A stretch of 64,000 nt of DNA from an uncultured Thermoproteaceae archaeon (GTDB taxonomy: Archaea; Thermoproteota; Thermoprotei; Thermoproteales; Thermocladiaceae): contig CAZNTG010000006.1 of NCBI GenBank assembly GCA_964575955.1, positions 320,001 to 384,000 on the forward strand, given 5' to 3'. The translations under genes and the position numbers were made by a program. Position 1 is the stretch's first letter. Each line of letters opens with the position of its first letter. Below, piece by piece: positions 20,085 to 29,747 of this stretch. The notes under the pieces are model-generated. The model ran no database searches. It saw only the letters and a program-made list of their open reading frames with translations, and was not told the DNA's origin.

Positions 20085-22718
20085 ATGACTAGATTTGAAA
20101 GAGATGAAGATTATAGATTTGAAGAATTTGAAGAAGAGGAAGTTCAACTTCGTGAAGGTGAAGAGTTTGAAGAAGAAGCTGTATCTTTTGAAATTAGAGG
20201 TGAAACACCAACAATATCACCACCAGCAATTGTACTTACCGTAACTTACGATGGTAAGGTTGGTAAGGCATTGGTAAAGTTGTACGATCCTGTTAATGAT
20301 AAGGTATACTTCTGGTATGACAATACTGGACATAGACCATACCTACTAACTGACATAGATCCTATCGATATAGTTACAAAATTTCCAAAAGTTATAACAC
20401 ATAGAGGTTTTAGTCATATTGAACTTGTAAAGAAGTATGATGCATTAAATGATAGAGAAGTTGTAATGACGAAGATATGTGCTAAAGATCCATTAAGTAT
20501 TGGAGGTGCTAAAGAATCTATTAGAGATATATTACCAAAAACTTGGGAATCTAAAATAAAGTATCACCTATGCTACATATATGATAGTGGAATAATACCA
20601 GGAATGTTCTACAGAATTGAGAATGGAAAACTTGTTAAAGTTGATATTGAAATTCCACAAGAAGTTAGAGATTTCGTATATAAGATATATGGAAATGACC
20701 AATACATGATTGAGGAAGTTGAAAAATGGCTACCACTATTTCAAGCACCTGTACCACACATTAAGAGAGTTGCAGTTGACATTGAGGTATTTACACCAAA
20801 AGAGAATAAGATACCAAAACCTGAAGAAGCAACATACGAGATAATATCAATAGCACTAGCAGGAACTGATGGATTGAGAAGAGTATTAGTATTGAGAAGA
20901 CCAGACCTAGAGTTCACACCTGAACAATTAGAGAAACTTAGAGATGAAGAAGTTGAAATAATGTTCTTTGATAGTGAATATGAGATGTTAAGAGAATTCT
21001 TCAAAATTATATGTCAATACCCTGTTGTAGTTACATTTAATGGTGATAATTTTGACCTAAAGTATATATACAATAGAGCACTAAAACTTGGATTTAGAAA
21101 AGAGGAGATTCCAATAATATCTAAGAGAGATGAGATGGCTATAGCACTTGGAGTTCATATTGATCTATACAAATTCTTCAATATTAGAGCAATAGAAACC
21201 TACGCATTTGGAGGTAAGTATAGAGGTGCTGAGAAAACTCTAGACACAATAGCATCAGCATTAATAAAGATGAAGAAGATTCCTAGAGAGAAACCTATTA
21301 GTGAGATGGACTATGCGGAACTTGTAAACTATAACTTTAGAGATGCATTTCTAACACTATACTTAACAATGTTTGATAATGAACTTGTAATGAAGTTAAT
21401 AATATTACTATCAAGAATTTCTAAACTACCTATAGATGACATAACTAGAAGTCAAGTATCTGCATGGATTAAAAATATGATGTATTTTGAACATAGAAGA
21501 AGAGGATGGTTAATACCAGAGAAGGAAGATATAATTAATGCTAAAGGTGAAGCTGCTACAAAGGCAATAATAAAAGGTAAGAAGTATCTAGGTGCTATTG
21601 TTGTAGATCCAGTACCAGGAATATTCCCAAATGTGTATGTTATAGACTTTGCAAGTCTATATCCATCAATAATTAAGAAGTGGAATCTCTCATATGAGAC
21701 TGTTAAATGTCCTGATGAGACGCAGAAAAATAATAAGCCTGTACCTGATTTACCACATTGGATTTGTTATAATAGGAGAGGACTAACTTCCACAATTATA
21801 GGAATTTTAAGAGATATGAGAGTCTACGTTTATAAGAAGATTGCTAAAAGTACTAGTAATCCAATATTGAAACAATTCTACGATGTTGTACAGAGTGCAC
21901 TTAAAGTATTTATAAACGCCTCGTATGGAGTATTTGGAGCAGAAACATTTCAACTATATTGTCCACCTGTTGCTGAGTTAGTAACTGCTTTAGGTAGACT
22001 TGCAATGAGTATGACACTTATAAAAGCTATTGAGCTTGGACTTGTACCACTATACGGAGATACTGACAGCCTCTTCATATGGAGTCCAGATGAGAGAAAG
22101 TTGAAAGAGTTGATTGAGTGGGTTGAAGAGACTTTAGGAATAGATATTGATGTAGATAAAGTATACAAGCTAGTAGCAATGAGTGGTAGAAAGAAGAATT
22201 ACATAGGTATACTACCTGACGGAACACTAGATATTAAAGGTATGGTTGGTAAGAAGAGAAATACTCCAGACTTTGTTAAAGAGGTATTTAGTGATGTCTT
22301 GAAGATAATATCAACTATGGAAAATATTAGCAATGTTGAAGAGAAGTTAGAAGAAATTAGAAAGAAAGTTAAGGAATATTACGACATGCTTAGAAGAAGA
22401 GAAATTCCATTAAATAAGTTAACAATAAGAATGTCACTTAATAAACCACTTGAACAATATACCAAGAATAAGCCACAACATGTTAAAGCTGCACTACAGC
22501 TAAGACAGGTTGGAATTAATGTCGGTCCTGGAGATATAATATACTTTGTAAAGACTAGAACTAGAGATGGTGTAAAACCTGTACAGCTTGCCAGAATTGA
22601 TGAGGTAGATGTTGATAAGTATGTTGAATATCTAAAGACAAGTCTTGAACAGGTGTTGGATGCCTTAGGTATTAGTTTTGATGAGATTCTAGGTGCTACA
22701 AAGTTATCACTAGTTTAG
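20085..22718 (+). CDS. polB1: DNA polymerase B1 (family B, crenarchaeal type)
   Basis: Exo AVDIE, FNGDNFD; Pol DFASLYPS, KVFINASYG, YGDTDS; WYDNTGHRPY N-terminus. Confidence 0.95.
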   Translation: MTRFERDEDYRFEEFEEEEVQLREGEEFEEEAVSFEIRGETPTISPPAIVLTVTYDGKVGKALVKLYDPVNDKVYFWYDNTGHRPYLLTDIDPIDIVTKFPKVITHRGFSHIELVKKYDALNDREVVMTKICAKDPLSIGGAKESIRDILPKTWESKIKYHLCYIYDSGIIPGMFYRIENGKLVKVDIEIPQEVRDFVYKIYGNDQYMIEEVEKWLPLFQAPVPHIKRVAVDIEVFTPKENKIPKPEEATYEIISIALAGTDGLRRVLVLRRPDLEFTPEQLEKLRDEEVEIMFFDSEYEMLREFFKIICQYPVVVTFNGDNFDLKYIYNRALKLGFRKEEIPIISKRDEMAIALGVHIDLYKFFNIRAIETYAFGGKYRGAEKTLDTIASALIKMKKIPREKPISEMDYAELVNYNFRDAFLTLYLTMFDNELVMKLIILLSRISKLPIDDITRSQVSAWIKNMMYFEHRRRGWLIPEKEDIINAKGEAATKAIIKGKKYLGAIVVDPVPGIFPNVYVIDFASLYPSIIKKWNLSYETVKCPDETQKNNKPVPDLPHWICYNRRGLTSTIIGILRDMRVYVYKKIAKSTSNPILKQFYDVVQSALKVFINASYGVFGAETFQLYCPPVAELVTALGRLAMSMTLIKAIELGLVPLYGDTDSLFIWSPDERKLKELIEWVEETLGIDIDVDKVYKLVAMSGRKKNYIGILPDGTLDIKGMVGKKRNTPDFVKEVFSDVLKIISTMENISNVEEKLEEIRKKVKEYYDMLRRREIPLNKLTIRMSLNKPLEQYTKNKPQHVKAALQLRQVGINVGPGDIIYFVKTRTRDGVKPVQLARIDEVDVDKYVEYLKTSLEQVLDALGISFDEILGATKLSLV

Positions 22719-23164
22719 AATTCTTCTTCAAACTCCTCCTCACTACCAGCTTCCTCACTCTCCTTAGTTGTTAATGATCTTATTACAGCATTAGCTATCT
22801 GTTCTGTAACTTCATCACTTATGTATGGGAATATTATTATGAAGTTATCTGCCTGAAATGAATCTTCAACCCACCTATTACTACAAGATATCTCATATAC
22901 AGGTATTGTTACTTCTGCTTGATTACCAACTCTTCTAGCACCATACTTCTTAGCTATATCTGCAACTTCAGGTTTTAGAGGTATCTTCAACGTTACAGTA
23001 TAGCTATCTCTCAAAATTATGAAATCTGAAACTTCAGCATCCCACTCATCTATAAGCTTCTTAGCATATGTCTTAACTATCTGTACTAGATCTCCTTTAA
23101 CTCTCTCAGTCTTAGATATCTTATTACCCTCTATATATACTATAACACACTCTTCTCGAGTCAT
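22715..23164 (-). CDS. DUF2286-like crenarchaeal protein
   Basis: EWDAEVSDFIILRD..IPVYEIS..NRWVED pattern, acidic tail. Confidence 0.6.
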   Translation of the reverse strand: MTREECVIVYIEGNKISKTERVKGDLVQIVKTYAKKLIDEWDAEVSDFIILRDSYTVTLKIPLKPEVADIAKKYGARRVGNQAEVTIPVYEISCSNRWVEDSFQADNFIIIFPYISDEVTEQIANAVIRSLTTKESEEAGSEEEFEEEF

Positions 23165-23256
23165 TGCTTCAGCTTATCAAGACTCCACACTATTTAAACC
23201 TTAACTTCACCTTTAGTAAGTCTAAATTTTATGGTAGATATATCAAAATTTGGATA

Positions 23257-23859
23257 CTACTTAAGAATTTTACACACAGTTACTATTCTTTGAATAGCTG
23301 TAATATTTGTCAATATTGCTAATATGAGTGTGTAATATCTCGTAAATATGTTAAATATATTACTACGATATATCAAGTAGCAAATTATGAAAAATATTAT
23401 TAGTAAAATTACACGTTCACCTCTTTCAATAAAACCAATACCTCTAAGTTGAACACCAAGACTTTCACCTCTAGCTCTCGCATAGCTCGTTATAAATGAT
23501 CCAACTAGTGTAAGTATTAGAAATATTTTAGAAATATCATCACTACATATTAATATTGCTGTTATAATCATTATAGAATCAACATATCTATCACATGTAG
23601 AATCTAGAAAAGCACCCTTCTTACTAGATAGACCATACATTCTAGCAACAGCACCATCAATAGCATCTAATAATGATGATATTATGAATAGTATTAATAC
23701 TATCAATATGCTAATTCTACAATTGTAGAAGTACACTATGAGTGGTGATGGTATTGATATCAATACTGAACTTAAAGTTAACATATTTGGATTTACGTAC
23801 AGGTACTTTGCAATAAATTTAAATAAAGGTTCAAAATGTCTTCTTAATCTTTCAAGCAT
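23257..23859 (-). CDS. CDP-alcohol phosphatidyltransferase (archaetidylinositol phosphate synthase-like)
   Basis: PNMLT, DAIDGAVAR..GAFLDSTCDRYVD, SYARARGE, ERGER. Confidence 0.92.
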   Translation of the reverse strand: MLERLRRHFEPLFKFIAKYLYVNPNMLTLSSVLISIPSPLIVYFYNCRISILIVLILFIISSLLDAIDGAVARMYGLSSKKGAFLDSTCDRYVDSIMIITAILICSDDISKIFLILTLVGSFITSYARARGESLGVQLRGIGFIERGERVILLIIFFIICYLIYRSNIFNIFTRYYTLILAILTNITAIQRIVTVCKILK

Positions 23860-23911
23860 ATAGCAATGATGTTGAAGATATATTTAAGTATGGATACGTT
23901 AACATAGCACT

Positions 23912-24466
23912 GTGAAGCTGATAGATTTAGAAGAGCTATCAAAATCTGACTACGTACTATTCTCAGTGATGTTAGTTAAAGATAGGTTGATAGGATTAAC
24001 AATGATAGATAAGATTATTATAAATAGTGTAGATAGTGAGATTTTAGAAAAATTAAAAAATCATATACCTAAAAGTTCGATAATAACTCTAGACTTAACA
24101 ATAAACTGTCCTGAAGATAATAGAAGATGTATTGAAAGAGCTAGAGCTATGGGTCTAGAACCTAATGTTGAAATTTTAGCACCACTAAGCTTAATAGCTA
24201 TATCTACAAAATTTCTAGATTTAAATAGGTTTAAAGAATTGTTAGAGAAGAATCTTGGAGATCTATACTCTTCTATGATGATGTCTTACTGTACTAGAGA
24301 TGAGTTAGATAAGGAACTTCAAGAATATATGTACTACATATCCTCAATAATGACCTCAGCTGATGAAGATAGACTGTTCAGGAGATCATCATTAGATAAG
24401 TTGAATAATGTTGCTATTATTGTTGAAGAAAGTGGAGATGTAAAGTACGTCAATGTTAGTATCTAG
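23912..24466 (+). CDS. Hypothetical protein
   Basis: 184-aa ORF divergent from the CDP-alcohol transferase, TATA-like element upstream. Confidence 0.6.
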   Translation: MKLIDLEELSKSDYVLFSVMLVKDRLIGLTMIDKIIINSVDSEILEKLKNHIPKSSIITLDLTINCPEDNRRCIERARAMGLEPNVEILAPLSLIAISTKFLDLNRFKELLEKNLGDLYSSMMMSYCTRDELDKELQEYMYYISSIMTSADEDRLFRRSSLDKLNNVAIIVEESGDVKYVNVSI

Positions 24467-24810
24467 ACGTAGACATGTTTTAATATGTATGCAAATATGA
24501 ATAGTAATATTGCAGATATTATAAGTCTCTTACCTGTATATGGACTTATTCTTGAAAACCATAAGAATAGACCAACAATTACTAGACCTATTGAGAGTAC
24601 TTCTGATATTTTTATAAGTATTTTAACTATCATTGATAATGCTGTATTCATTGATGTTACTATTGTATTTCCAGTTTTTTCAAATATATTTTGAATATTT
24701 TTTACTATTGAATTAACTGGAGATTCAGCATGAACTACGACTCCTATAGTTATTGCAGTTATTGTAAGTGTAATTATCAACATGTTCAGTAGTATATTTC
24801 TTTTCCTCAT
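24463..24810 (-). CDS. TedC/VirB2-like conjugative-type pilin
   Basis: Signal peptide ending VHA, amphipathic helix, two TM helices joined by LWFSRISPYTGKRLIISAILL; resembles Pyrobaculum TedC as recalled. Confidence 0.6.
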   Translation of the reverse strand: MRKRNILLNMLIITLTITAITIGVVVHAESPVNSIVKNIQNIFEKTGNTIVTSMNTALSMIVKILIKISEVLSIGLVIVGLFLWFSRISPYTGKRLIISAILLFIFAYILKHVYV

Positions 24811-24845
24811 GTATATACTAGAGTTACAGGATTTATATAATAGGT

Positions 24846-25313
24846 TCAGTCTGGTCTAGGTAATCTTCCATACTTTACTAATATCCAGTATTTAGTTATT
24901 TGAGAGAGTTTTACAAATGCTTCTAATATTGGTAGAAATCTCTCTAAAACCTCTACAGGTATTGTATCTGCTGCTGGACATTCAGGATCTACATATACTT
25001 CACCATCAGCATATTGTAATGGGTAGAGTCTACACCCTATTGGTCTATGTTCATATATTTTACATAGATTTGTCTTTGGGTCGAAGAAGATGCAGTGATT
25101 ATCTATACATCTAAGTCTAACTATGCCACCTTTTATAGTTGTGAAGTATTCTATATCATATCCAAGTTTTACGATTCTATCAATATCTTGTGGTAGTAAT
25201 TCCATCTCAGTACCAATACAACATCTTCCACATCTAGTACATTTCATAGGAACTTCAAATGTTTTTGGATCTCTATTAAATAGATTCCAAATGTTTGGAT
25301 CTATAGATATCAT
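24846..25313 (-). CDS. YkgJ-family cysteine-cluster (Fe-S/Zn) protein
   Basis: CTRCGRCC..CIFF..CKIYEHRPIGCRLYP. Confidence 0.88.
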   Translation of the reverse strand: MISIDPNIWNLFNRDPKTFEVPMKCTRCGRCCIGTEMELLPQDIDRIVKLGYDIEYFTTIKGGIVRLRCIDNHCIFFDPKTNLCKIYEHRPIGCRLYPLQYADGEVYVDPECPAADTIPVEVLERFLPILEAFVKLSQITKYWILVKYGRLPRPD

Positions 25314-25315
25314 AG

Positions 25316-26695
25316 TTAATGTTTAAACTTTGGATGTATTGTCCAATGACCTGTAACTATATATGCAACAGCCATGCTAAGTGCTATTAGTGGTGTATAT
25401 GGCCATGTCTCTGTCATTCCAGATACTATCAATATAGATGCTACAGGTATCCTATATACACATCCTAGTAGTGTTGCAGCACCTGCAATTGTCAATATTG
25501 ATAGTAGTGCTTGTGATGCTACTGTAGGTGCTAGTAGTTTGAAAAGTAGGAATGTTAGTAGTCCAATATATCCACCAGTTACTAACGTTGGTGCAACCAT
25601 ACCACCGCTAGCTCCTGATGCTATTGTTATTGATGTTGCAATTATTTTAAATACAACAACTAGGAACAGTATCATTATTGCATATGTTGTTGGGTTAAGT
25701 CTATTTATTGAATCTGCAAAATAGTGTATCAGACTGTTAAGCCATGTATATCCGGTAGTTATTGATAGTGGTGTTGTTGCACCTATAAATGCTACAGCTA
25801 TTGCAGCTATTATAGGTGGTATTATTGGACTGTACTTAAGTTTGAAGAATGATGCTTTAAATAGATGATATACTTCTGCATATACTCTAGTTAATGCACC
25901 AACAATAACTCCTAGAAATATGAATGATGCTATAACCCATGGATTTGTAATTGCTAGATGTAGACTAATACCTGCTAGTGATATTACAGGAGATATTACA
26001 CCACCTGAAAGTAGTACTGTGGTAAGGTAGCTTACTATGGATGCTACTAGTGATGGGTATAGTACTTCAAGTATCTCAAACTCAATTTCATAAACTCTCA
26101 AAAACTCTATACCAAATACAGTACCTCCAAGTGGTGATGATAATGCTGCAGATATTCCAGATGCAACACCTGCAACATATGCAACTTTTAGATCTCTAAG
26201 ATCCATCCTAAATATCTTCTCAACAACACTACTAGCACTAGCACCTATAAGTACTGCAGGACCCTCCTTACCGACACTAGCACCTAGACTGAGTGTTGGT
26301 AATGTTGCTATAACTTTCATAAATGGTACTCTAAGTCTAAATAGGTATCTCCTATTTGCATAGTTGTAAAATGCTATATCACAACCTGAACCTCTAGCTT
26401 CTTCACATATCTTTGTAACAATTAGATAACTTAATAGATGACCAACAACTAGTAGTGGAAGTATTTTCATAAATATGCTTAATGAGAATGTGAATACGAA
26501 TGGTGGTTTAGTACCTTGATTAAGTATTGGTAATACAACTCTACTCAATATTATACTAGAAGCCTTACCGAGTATCCAGACTAGAGAACCTATTATAACT
26601 CCCATCACTGCAGATATTATGAACCATCTAACGATGTATGAACGAGTTACACCATGTATCAGATAGCTCTCTATAGTCTTCAGGAAACTACTCAC
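25316..26695 (-). CDS. CLC chloride channel/antiporter
   Basis: ARGSG, GASVGKEGP, GASGGMVAP signatures; many TM helices. Confidence 0.92.
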   Translation of the reverse strand: MSSFLKTIESYLIHGVTRSYIVRWFIISAVMGVIIGSLVWILGKASSIILSRVVLPILNQGTKPPFVFTFSLSIFMKILPLLVVGHLLSYLIVTKICEEARGSGCDIAFYNYANRRYLFRLRVPFMKVIATLPTLSLGASVGKEGPAVLIGASASSVVEKIFRMDLRDLKVAYVAGVASGISAALSSPLGGTVFGIEFLRVYEIEFEILEVLYPSLVASIVSYLTTVLLSGGVISPVISLAGISLHLAITNPWVIASFIFLGVIVGALTRVYAEVYHLFKASFFKLKYSPIIPPIIAAIAVAFIGATTPLSITTGYTWLNSLIHYFADSINRLNPTTYAIMILFLVVVFKIIATSITIASGASGGMVAPTLVTGGYIGLLTFLLFKLLAPTVASQALLSILTIAGAATLLGCVYRIPVASILIVSGMTETWPYTPLIALSMAVAYIVTGHWTIHPKFKH

Positions 26696-26847
26696 TTCTT
26701 CAGTATGTTATTTTGAGAAAATTTTAACTATATCCTAAAAGGCAGGTTTGGCAGAGAGATGTGAGACACTTATGTCTATACATGCCTAACATAGTCTAAT
26801 CTCTACTTAGAGATAGATTATAAAGGTGGTGTAGTTTAGTATTGTTG

Positions 26848-26900
26848 ATGATGATGATGCTTGGGCTTAATGATCTATGATTAACTTCACGCAGGACTGA
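26848..26900 (+). ncRNA. C/D box sRNA (probable)
   Basis: ATGATGA-(tga)tgcttgggctta-ATGA-tct-ATGATTA-acttcacgcagga-CTGA; TTATAAA about 25 nt upstream; 3' end antisense to hisI stop. Confidence 0.65.
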
Positions 26901-27252
26901 TCTTAACATTGTCAAAACATGACCTATATCCTAGGTGGCATGCGGGTCCTCTAGGTTTTACTATTAGAAGTACAGAATCTCTATCGCAGTCAATTCTAAA
27001 TTCTAGAACTTCTTGAACATTTCCTGATGTCTCACCTTTCATCCACAACTTCTTTCTTGTTGTAGACCAGAAGTGTGCTAATCCTGTTGTTAATGTCTTT
27101 ACTACAGCTTCCTTATTCATGTAGGCTACCATTAAGACATCTTTAGTTTCATAATCCTGTACTACTGCTATTACAGTATTGTCAATATGTCTATACCATA
27201 GTGATTCTGCAATTTCTCTAGCTTTATCTTCTGGAAGTGTTAATCTCTTCAT
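26887..27252 (-). CDS. hisI: Phosphoribosyl-AMP cyclohydrolase
   Basis: VLMVAYMN, LWMKGETSGN, DCDRD, ACH..SCF. Confidence 0.96.
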   Translation of the reverse strand: MKRLTLPEDKAREIAESLWYRHIDNTVIAVVQDYETKDVLMVAYMNKEAVVKTLTTGLAHFWSTTRKKLWMKGETSGNVQEVLEFRIDCDRDSVLLIVKPRGPACHLGYRSCFDNVKISPA

Positions 27253-27257
27253 ATTCT

Positions 27258-28136
27258 TTATGGTACAATTTTCTCTATGTTTAGTACAAGTATATCTTTA
27301 ACACCTAAACTCTTCAATTTCATAATAACGTCAGGAAGTTCATCTTCACTAACTACAGTAATTACTTCCCACATCTCTACACCTCTCCTAGACTCTACTT
27401 TAGCAACTGTAGGTCCCTCAAGTGCTGGTACAACTTTAAGTACTTGATCTAACACATTTCCTGGAACATTCATCATTAGTAATCTTCTACCTTGAGATTC
27501 TAAAACTGCTTTTACAAGTGTTACAAATTTATTAATTACATACTTAGCATCATTATCAACTTCTTCTCTAGTCATTATCAATTTTGCTTCTGATTCAAGT
27601 ATTGTATATATTGGTTTAAGTCCATGAATTCTCAATGTTGTTCCTGTAGACATGACATCTACTATAGCGTCTGCAGCTCCTAACATCGGCATAACTTCTA
27701 CACTTCCAGAAACTTTGACAATTCTAACCTTCTTACCAATACTAGTAAAGAACTTTCTAGTAATATTGACATATTTAGTAGCTATTCTTGCATTATCAGG
27801 AAGCTGTTCAGGACTTTCAATCTTAGATTTCTCAGGTACTGCAAGAACAATCTTACCTCTACCATACCCAAGACCTAGCAAAATCTCAACGTCAGCCTCA
27901 GATTCATACACAAAGTCTAGACCAGTAATACCCATTATAGCTGCACCAGTCTCTACAATACTTGGAATATCTTCAGGTCTAAGTCTAACAAGACTAAGAC
28001 ATGGCCAGCTAGTCTGAACTATCAATGCTCTATCATCTGTTGAAGATAGTTTAAGACCAACATTAGACAATAACCATAGTGTAGGCTCTACAAGTCTACC
28101 TTTACTAGGTACTGCAAGTAGGTAAGTTTTAGACAC
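27258..28136 (-). CDS. hisG: ATP phosphoribosyltransferase (long form)
   Basis: AVPSKGRL, RPEDIP, GITGLD, IATKY, GSVE, DVMSTGTTL; GTG 28136 preferred over TTG 28181. Confidence 0.95.
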   Translation of the reverse strand: MSKTYLLAVPSKGRLVEPTLWLLSNVGLKLSSTDDRALIVQTSWPCLSLVRLRPEDIPSIVETGAAIMGITGLDFVYESEADVEILLGLGYGRGKIVLAVPEKSKIESPEQLPDNARIATKYVNITRKFFTSIGKKVRIVKVSGSVEVMPMLGAADAIVDVMSTGTTLRIHGLKPIYTILESEAKLIMTREEVDNDAKYVINKFVTLVKAVLESQGRRLLMMNVPGNVLDQVLKVVPALEGPTVAKVESRRGVEMWEVITVVSEDELPDVIMKLKSLGVKDILVLNIEKIVP

Positions 28137-28154
28137 AGGATATTGAGAGTCTTC

Positions 28155-28164
28155 TTTTAAATAT
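28155..28164. promoter_or_regulatory. Probable shared (bidirectional) TATA box for hisG/hisD
   Basis: TTTTAAATAT centred in the 49-bp gap between divergent starts 28136 and 28186. Confidence 0.5.
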
Positions 28165-28185
28165 AGATTACTATCCAACACATAA

Positions 28186-29403
28186 ATGAGATTAAGTAAG
28201 AATGAGATAGTTAAAGTTAGGAGAAGATTAAATATTGAAGAGTATGTAGATAAGGTTAGAGATATACTGTATAAAGTTCGTAGAGAAGGTGATAAAGCAA
28301 TAATAGAGATTACAGAGAAGATAGATAAGATAAAGATAGAGAAGATTGAGATAGGTAGAGAATATATAAGAAACTTATCTAGTAAAGTATCTCAAGATAT
28401 TAAAGACATTTTAAAAAGAATTGTAGAAAGAATTTGGAATTTCAATGCAAAATTATTACCAAAGAACGAAATTATAGTAAGTGGTAGTGAGATTGCAAAA
28501 TTGAAGTATGTACCAATAGAGAGAGTTGGAATATACATACCTAGAGGATACATATCAACATTAATTATGTTAACAACCATTGCAAAAGTCTCAGGTTGTG
28601 AAGATATAGTAGTATTCACACCACCAATAAATGAAGAATATTTAATACAACCTGAAATGGCATACATATTAGAATTATTAAAAATATATAGAGTATATGT
28701 TGGTAATGGTGTTGCAGGTATTGGAGCATTAGCATATGGTACAGAGACAATACCAAAAGTCTTCAAAATTTACGGTCCAGGAAACATATATATACAATCT
28801 GCAAAATATTTAGTATCTTCTGAAGTAGATATTGATGGAATTGAAGGACCTACAGAGCTCGTACTATATGTAGATGATACTGTTAGCGATAGAGATATTA
28901 AATGTGCTATACTTGACGTAATTGCAGAACTTGAACATGGTGTACATAGTATTGCTATAGTACTATCAAATAGTGAAAATATATTAAACATGTTCGAAGT
29001 TGAGTATAGAAAAGCTAAGGAGAATTTAGAAAATATTGGAGAATTATATACAGTTAAGATTGATAATTTAGAAGATGTTGTCAATATAATAAATGAGATA
29101 GCTCCTGAGCATGTCGAAATTATATCTAAAAAGTATAGAGAAATATCTAGTAGAATTACAAATGCAGGAATTATATCAATAAATACTCCATGTACATATC
29201 TAGACTACTCAGCAGGACCATGCCATGTATTGCCAACATCAGGATTTGCAAAGTCTAGAGGTACAATAACACCGTTAGATTTTATGAAGAAGATTATAAT
29301 ATATGAGGGGTATAGTATAGATATGCTAAATCTAGGCCAATTTTTAGCAAAGATTGAAAATATGAAATATCATGAAGAAAGTCTGAGATGTAGACTAGTA
29401 TGA
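28186..29403 (+). CDS. hisD: Histidinol dehydrogenase
   Basis: RVGIYIP, GPGN, IDGIEGPTE, APEH, DYSAGPCHVLPT. Confidence 0.93.
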   Translation: MRLSKNEIVKVRRRLNIEEYVDKVRDILYKVRREGDKAIIEITEKIDKIKIEKIEIGREYIRNLSSKVSQDIKDILKRIVERIWNFNAKLLPKNEIIVSGSEIAKLKYVPIERVGIYIPRGYISTLIMLTTIAKVSGCEDIVVFTPPINEEYLIQPEMAYILELLKIYRVYVGNGVAGIGALAYGTETIPKVFKIYGPGNIYIQSAKYLVSSEVDIDGIEGPTELVLYVDDTVSDRDIKCAILDVIAELEHGVHSIAIVLSNSENILNMFEVEYRKAKENLENIGELYTVKIDNLEDVVNIINEIAPEHVEIISKKYREISSRITNAGIISINTPCTYLDYSAGPCHVLPTSGFAKSRGTITPLDFMKKIIIYEGYSIDMLNLGQFLAKIENMKYHEESLRCRLV

Positions 29404-29702
29404 CAAGTCTAGAATTTCTACTAAAACTTGAAGAAGTTATAGATAGTAGAATAAGATCGAAATCTGAAACTAGCTATACTTGGAGATTAGTATCTCAAGG
29501 AATTGAAAAAGTTTGTAAGAAAGTTTTAGAAGAGGCAGGTGAGGTTGTTATAGCAGTATTGAAAGAAGGTAGAGATAGAGTAGTTGAAGAATGTGCAGAC
29601 TTAATATACCATCTGCTAGTCCTACTGAGAGTAAATAACATAAGTATTGTAGACGTAGTTAAAATACTAGAGAAGAGACATATTGAGAAGACACAAAAGT
29701 GA
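29400..29702 (+). CDS. hisE: Phosphoribosyl-ATP pyrophosphatase
   Basis: SYT, KKVLEEAGE, EECADLIYHLLVLL. Confidence 0.95.
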   Translation: MTSLEFLLKLEEVIDSRIRSKSETSYTWRLVSQGIEKVCKKVLEEAGEVVIAVLKEGRDRVVEECADLIYHLLVLLRVNNISIVDVVKILEKRHIEKTQK

Positions 29703-29747
29703 TGATGTTTTCGCGCTCTGATAGATGAGGAAGGGTCAATTTGCTGA
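29699..29747 (+). ncRNA. C/D box sRNA
   Basis: GTGATGA-tgttttcgcgct-CTGA-tag-ATGAGGA-agggtcaatttg-CTGA; C box contains the hisE stop; exactly fills the hisE-hisH gap. Confidence 0.85.

Noticed and set aside
20085-22718. Intein in PolB1
   Set aside because: Polymerase motifs are contiguous and the length is normal
26696-26820. Fluoride riboswitch upstream of the CLC gene
   Set aside because: No GGCGAUGG..CUGAUGA-type consensus on the coding strand, and the CLC lacks CLC-F signatures
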